Below are positions 59,484 through 64,000 of a stretch of 64,000 bases of DNA, piece after piece. The first letter of the stretch is position 1; each line of letters starts with the position of its first letter. The DNA lies in contig JAOPTT010000016.1 of the NCBI GenBank assembly GCA_051531975.1, positions 24,831-88,830 on the forward strand, in the 5' to 3' direction. Source of the stretch: Spirochaetaceae bacterium (lineage in GTDB: Bacteria > Spirochaetota > Spirochaetia > DSM-2461). The notes under the pieces were generated by a model that was given only the letters and a program-made list of their open reading frames with translations, ran no database searches and had not been told where the DNA came from. Position numbers and translations under genes: made by a program.

Positions 59484-59939
59484 ATGATAATAGATAGTAA
59501 GGCTTATGGTAAAATAGCTGTAGACGAAAAACAAGTATTTCACTTTGAGGGTGGATTATTAGGTTTTGAAAGTATTAAAGATTTTGCATTAATTGATGCA
59601 AATCAACCACCATTTATGTGGTTACAATCCATCGAAGTTGCACACTTAGCTTTTGTTGTAATTGATCCAACGATTTTTAGGGACGATTATGATCCTGGAA
59701 TAAGTTTAGAAGAATTTTCTATTATTGATATTACTGCTGAAAATAGTGATCAAAAATTAGTTTTATCAATTATTACAATACCAGAGAATCAAAATGACAT
59801 GACTGCAAACTTACAAGGTCCAATAATAATTAATAAAGAAGCACTTTTAGGTAAACAATTCATATCCCCAGATGAAAAATGGGGAACTCGGCACCATGTA
59901 ATGGATGAACTTGCTGGAAAGCGAGCTGCGACATGCTGA
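59484..59939 (+). CDS. fliW: flagellar assembly factor FliW
   Basis: GLLGFE, WLQS, AFVVIDP, TANLQGPIIIN. Confidence 0.95.
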   Translation: MIIDSKAYGKIAVDEKQVFHFEGGLLGFESIKDFALIDANQPPFMWLQSIEVAHLAFVVIDPTIFRDDYDPGISLEEFSIIDITAENSDQKLVLSIITIPENQNDMTANLQGPIIINKEALLGKQFISPDEKWGTRHHVMDELAGKRAATC

Positions 59940-60157
59940 TATTAGCTAGAAAAAGAAATGAGACAATTATTATAGACGAAAATATAGAAGTTTCTATTGT
60001 AGATATTAAAGGTGAAATTGTAAAAATTGGTATTAATGCTCCAAATAGTGTAAAAATATATAGAAGGGAAGTTTTTGATGCGATACAAAAAGAGAATAAG
60101 GCAGCACTTAACTCTGTTGTAACAAATCTTCCAACAAATATTTTTAATAAAGAATAG
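59933..60157 (+). CDS. csrA: carbon storage regulator CsrA
   Basis: MLILARKRNETIII...VKIGINAP...IYRREV. Confidence 0.96.
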   Translation: MLILARKRNETIIIDENIEVSIVDIKGEIVKIGINAPNSVKIYRREVFDAIQKENKAALNSVVTNLPTNIFNKE

Positions 60158-60166
60158 GGGTTTAGT

Positions 60167-60781
60167 ATGAATAATGTTGAGATAATTGGTTATATTGCAT
60201 CAATATTAGTTGCAATATCTTTAACAATGAGTCAAATTTTAAAATTACGAGTAATTAATACAGTAGGATGTGTAGCTTTTTCAATTTATGGTTATTTTGT
60301 AGGAGCATTTCCTGTAATGATTGTAAATGCATTTATAGCGTGTATTAATGTATATTACCTGATAAAAATGTATAAAAATAAAGATTCATTTAATATCTTA
60401 GATGGTAAAGATAATCTAAGTTATCTTGAAAATTTTTATTTGCATTATAAAAATGATATAAAAACTTTTTTTACTGAATTTACTGATGATCAATTAAATA
60501 ATAACAAAGTATTTTTTATTTTAAGAAATATGAGACCTGTAAACTTAGTTGTATTTAACGAGCAAGATAATGGAATTATAGACATTATGTTAGATTATAC
60601 TATTCCTGAGTATAGAGATTCATTAAATGGTAAATATCTACTTTCATTTTTTGAGAAAGTATATAATGCGGATCTAAAAAAACAATTAGTCGTAAAATCT
60701 AATAATAAAGAGCATATGAAATATCTTAAACGTCTAAAATTTAAGCAAAATGATGCAGGATTATTTGTCTTAAAATTATAA
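60167..60781 (+). CDS. YgjV-like membrane protein with GNAT-like C-terminal domain
   Basis: IGYIASILVAISL.M..ILKLR.IN..G (3 TM), then LDYTIPEYRD...G and YLKRLKF. Confidence 0.6.
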   Translation: MNNVEIIGYIASILVAISLTMSQILKLRVINTVGCVAFSIYGYFVGAFPVMIVNAFIACINVYYLIKMYKNKDSFNILDGKDNLSYLENFYLHYKNDIKTFFTEFTDDQLNNNKVFFILRNMRPVNLVVFNEQDNGIIDIMLDYTIPEYRDSLNGKYLLSFFEKVYNADLKKQLVVKSNNKEHMKYLKRLKFKQNDAGLFVLKL

Positions 60782-60793
60782 AATGGAGTAACT

Positions 60794-61918
60794 GTGAGTA
60801 TCAATAATGTATATTTCCCCACATGGCACAATGGATTTGAAAAAGAATTATCTAAAGTACCATCTTATATAACACATATAACATTATCTTTTTTACGTCC
60901 TGAAGCAGTATTCATCGATTTAAATGAATCTATGGATACAGTTTTTTATGATGGGAAAATCACATTAAAAGAACTTAAATATATAATTTGTGAGTGTAGA
61001 GTTCATGGTGGAAAAGATAGAGTTATTTTAGCTTCCACAGGTGGAGAAATCGCTGGTAACTTTTTAAATGTGAATTACGATTCATTAGTGAATGTTGTTG
61101 AAGAATTGGGTTTAGATGGAATAGATATCGATTATGAACCGAACGGTGTGATGGCTGAAACCGACGAAGAGATTCTAAAATATACAGAGTTAATATCTGG
61201 TTTTAGAAGATGTTTTGACGCCAAAACAAAAGAGACTGGTAAAAAATATCTTATTAGTTGTGCTCCAACAGGTATTGGACTGTTTAATGATGACTGTTTT
61301 CCACTAATTGAGACAAAATATAAACATGTAATCGAAAGACTTAAGACTATTATTCCAATCTCAGAGCAAGACGAAGAGTTAAAAATTGGGGAAATAACGG
61401 ATGATAATATTCTGAAACTACCCAAATTAAACGTAGGATCAGTTGGAAGTAGTTTTAATTTTACATCTGCTGGGAAAATGGATTTAGTATTTAAAACAAA
61501 GTGTGATAAAGAGTTTAAAGATAGATATAAATATATAGGTCAAATGGTTGATATAGTATTTTACCAAGCATATAACATCGGAAGTTGTAATATATTAGCA
61601 AGAATTTTATGTTATGAAAAACATAGAGAATTATCAGAATTTTTTAATGAAGAAAACAGAAGTTCAGGTTTTATTATTGGACATGGATCCCATGTTGGTA
61701 AAGAAGCATGGGCTCACTTTAGTTTTACAAAAAAGAGATTAAGTTATATTTATAGCTATATAAAGCAATATGGCCGAAATTGTGATGGAGCAAGTTTTTG
61801 GAGTTATTTTGCGAGTTTTGTAGATGATACCAAGAACGTACCATATTATGGTATGGGCTTCAAAAACAGAAGTGAAATTTTTAAACTCACTAGTCAGTTA
61901 TTAGGAATTGTGAAGTAG
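60794..61918 (+). CDS. glycoside hydrolase family 18 (chitinase-like)
   Basis: STGG and intact DGIDIDYE (DxxDxDxE), QAYN, DGASFW; no signal peptide. Confidence 0.8.
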   Translation: MSINNVYFPTWHNGFEKELSKVPSYITHITLSFLRPEAVFIDLNESMDTVFYDGKITLKELKYIICECRVHGGKDRVILASTGGEIAGNFLNVNYDSLVNVVEELGLDGIDIDYEPNGVMAETDEEILKYTELISGFRRCFDAKTKETGKKYLISCAPTGIGLFNDDCFPLIETKYKHVIERLKTIIPISEQDEELKIGEITDDNILKLPKLNVGSVGSSFNFTSAGKMDLVFKTKCDKEFKDRYKYIGQMVDIVFYQAYNIGSCNILARILCYEKHRELSEFFNEENRSSGFIIGHGSHVGKEAWAHFSFTKKRLSYIYSYIKQYGRNCDGASFWSYFASFVDDTKNVPYYGMGFKNRSEIFKLTSQLLGIVK

Positions 61919-61959
61919 AAAAGATTGTGTAATAGATAACTTTATATTATATTAAACAG

Positions 61960-63249
61960 ATGAAAATTAAAAATATCCGAGCTCTTGGTAGAGTATTAAT
62001 GTTTAATAGAATAAAAACAAATATTTTTTTCCATTATTTCCCCTACCTTTTCAAAAAGAAACTAGATTTACGTCATTATGCATTATTGATTAAGCGTATA
62101 AATTTGTTTTTAAAATCTTTGAAATTAAATAAAATATACAAAATTGGATTTCTAGTTAAAATTGATCAAGCTGTTCCATATTATGGTTCAGAGGTTTTTT
62201 ATAAATATATGGATAGGTTCTTGAACTTTGATGGAAAATTAGCATGTTCTTCTGTACTGTTATCTGTGAGTAAAGATTGCTCATTTAATTGTAAACATTG
62301 TTATCAAAAACATGATAATGGGGATGATTTAGATCTTGAATCATTGCTAAACGTTACAAAAGAATTGATAGATCAAGGTGTGACAAATTACACAATAGAA
62401 GGTGGTGACCCTTTTATCAATTTTGATAGATTAAAATCAGTATGTGAAACTATAGGAAAAAAAGGTGATATTGCAATTAATAGTACTGGAGACGGTATTA
62501 CATTAGAAAGGTTAAAATCTTTAAAAGATAGTAGCAATGTAAGATCTATAATTTTTTCTATAAACTCCCCAATTAAAGAGGATGTTAACTTTTTTATGGG
62601 ACAGGATTATGCATGGAATACACTCATACATGGTTTAAAACTGTGTAGTATTGGATCAATACCTACATCTTTAAACTGTTGTCTTAATTCTGATCATTAT
62701 GAAAATGGTAATTTTGAATACTTAATGGAAATTGCCAAAGATTTTGGTGTAGCACATGTAAAACTTATTCATCCTAAAGCTGCTGGAGCATGGTTACAAG
62801 GAAGTTTCCCCTCATTTACTGATGAAGAGTTACAACATATTAAGTTATTAGTAAAAAAATATAATAAGCAGTCTAAGTATAGAAAATATCCTAGTATTAC
62901 AGCCCAGGTTATAGAAGAAGATAAAGAACATTATGGATGTGCTGCAGGTGGTACAGACAGATTTTATATAAACGGAAAAGGTGACGTTCAACCTTGTGAG
63001 TTCTTAAATGTAAGTTTTGGTAATATAAAAGAGGAAAAATTCTCAGATATATTTGACCGAATGAGAACTCAATTTGAGACTCCAGGTGTTGATTGGTTAT
63101 GTGAAAAATATTCACAAAATATTGACGCTACTTTCAAAACAGAAGGTTCATTACCCTTAAGTGTAGAGAGTTCTAATCTACTATATAGAAAATGGGGAAG
63201 AGGAGAAGCAACTCCTTTGTTTCATAAAATTGAGAAAGAATTAGTTTAA
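61960..63249 (+). CDS. radical SAM protein with SPASM/twitch-like C-terminus
   Basis: CSFNCKHC, EGGDP, GCAAGG...YINGKGDVQPC...FGNI. Confidence 0.9.
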   Translation: MKIKNIRALGRVLMFNRIKTNIFFHYFPYLFKKKLDLRHYALLIKRINLFLKSLKLNKIYKIGFLVKIDQAVPYYGSEVFYKYMDRFLNFDGKLACSSVLLSVSKDCSFNCKHCYQKHDNGDDLDLESLLNVTKELIDQGVTNYTIEGGDPFINFDRLKSVCETIGKKGDIAINSTGDGITLERLKSLKDSSNVRSIIFSINSPIKEDVNFFMGQDYAWNTLIHGLKLCSIGSIPTSLNCCLNSDHYENGNFEYLMEIAKDFGVAHVKLIHPKAAGAWLQGSFPSFTDEELQHIKLLVKKYNKQSKYRKYPSITAQVIEEDKEHYGCAAGGTDRFYINGKGDVQPCEFLNVSFGNIKEEKFSDIFDRMRTQFETPGVDWLCEKYSQNIDATFKTEGSLPLSVESSNLLYRKWGRGEATPLFHKIEKELV

Positions 63250-63961
63250 TAGAATAGTAAGAGTTACTGGAGAGAGTAATTTCAATAAAATACAGAATAA
63301 AAATTTCATTGTCTTTGTTGTTGGTGGGGTAGGTAGTTGGTGTGTAGAATCTTTAATTAGATCTGGAATTATTAATCTAGCAATTGTTGATTCTGATTTA
63401 GTATGTATTACTAATATTAATAGACTACTTCAGGCTACAACTAAAACAGTTTGGCAAATTAAAGTTAAAGCTTTAAAAACTAGACTACTTGAAATAAATC
63501 CTGATGTTAATATCAGCGATATTGAAAAATTATATACAGAAGAAATTAGGGATGAATTTAATTTAGAAGATTTTGATTATGTTATTGATGTTATAGACTC
63601 TTTTAGTTGCAAGATTGAATTGATAGCTAATACATTAAAATCTGATACTACACTTTATTCAAGTTTTGGTGCAGCTTCGAAACTAGATCCTACAAGAATA
63701 CAGGTTAAACAAATTTGGAAAACTTATGGTTGTCCACTAGGAAGATTGGTGAGAAATGGTCTTAAAAATAGAATAATAATAGATATTTTTCTATTTGTTT
63801 TTAGCGACTAAGTATTGCCTAGACAAGATGCTCCACAAGTAAATGCAGAAAAAAGTATAAGAGGTGAATACAAAACCCATATAAATGAATCAGTAACGCA
63901 TATTACAGGTATGTTTGGTTTTATTTTAGCAGGACTTGTAATTACAGATATCGTTAAGTAG
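63230..63961 (+). pseudogene. tcdA: ThiF-family tRNA threonylcarbamoyladenosine dehydratase (TcdA-like) pseudogene
   Basis: One frame gives FNRI...[17 protein letters not shown]...VDSD.VC.TNINR...INP...DYVID...GAASKLDP...CPL...FGF, with in-frame stops TAG at 63242 and TAA at 63809. Confidence 0.8.
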
Positions 63962-64000
63962 ACAAACATTTTCTCGTCAAAAGTAGACAAACATTTTCTC
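63956..64000. repeat. 25-bp tandem repeat AAGTAGACAAACATTTTCTCGTCAA (1.8 copies, cut by window edge)
   Basis: 20 bp identical at 63956-63975 and 63981-64000. Confidence 0.8.

Noticed and set aside
63242..63811. Stop-codon recoding or readthrough in the tcdA-like gene
   Set aside because: Two different stops (TAG and TAA) plus many damaging missense changes; both codons terminate normal genes throughout the window.
61960..63961. Radical SAM plus ThiF as a RiPP biosynthetic cluster
   Set aside because: The ThiF frame has TcdA-type motifs (GAASKLDP, CPL) and is broken; no precursor peptide, protease or exporter is seen.

Overview
AT-rich chromosomal segment of a free-living spirochaete (Spirochaetaceae-like). 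The assignment rests on two FlaA sheath genes, a P83/100-family gene, a PlzA-like gene, a fused pyrBI, an 893-aa GreA and an E-C-A-B-D-I-K V-type ATPase operon. It is mostly housekeeping: infC-rpmI-rplT-zapB-zapA-6S RNA, two tRNA-Leu(UAA), a LysM/M23 gene followed by a sigma70-family gene, secA, rex, pyrBI, murI, rsgA, pyk, greA, rpe, dtd, recA, udk, glgA, a GH3 gene and flgN-flgK-flgL-fliW-csrA. It ends in a small accessory-looking tail (GH18, radical SAM, decayed tcdA-like gene, start of a 25-bp repeat). I see no IS, prophage, CRISPR or defence system, and no clear novel multi-gene system. The most notable signals are: (i) about nine genes with a sigma70 promoter ending 5-7 nt before the start codon and no well-placed SD, suggesting widespread leaderless mRNAs including secA; (ii) one acidic hexapeptide (18-bp) repeat grammar expanded in three unrelated proteins; (iii) a duplicated promoter-tRNA-terminator cassette; (iv) a tcdA-like pseudogene with several G>T lesions; (v) a signal-less GH18 with an unusual insert, and a probable pseudo-metalloprotease. 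All product calls come from recognising sequence motifs by eye; no searches were run.
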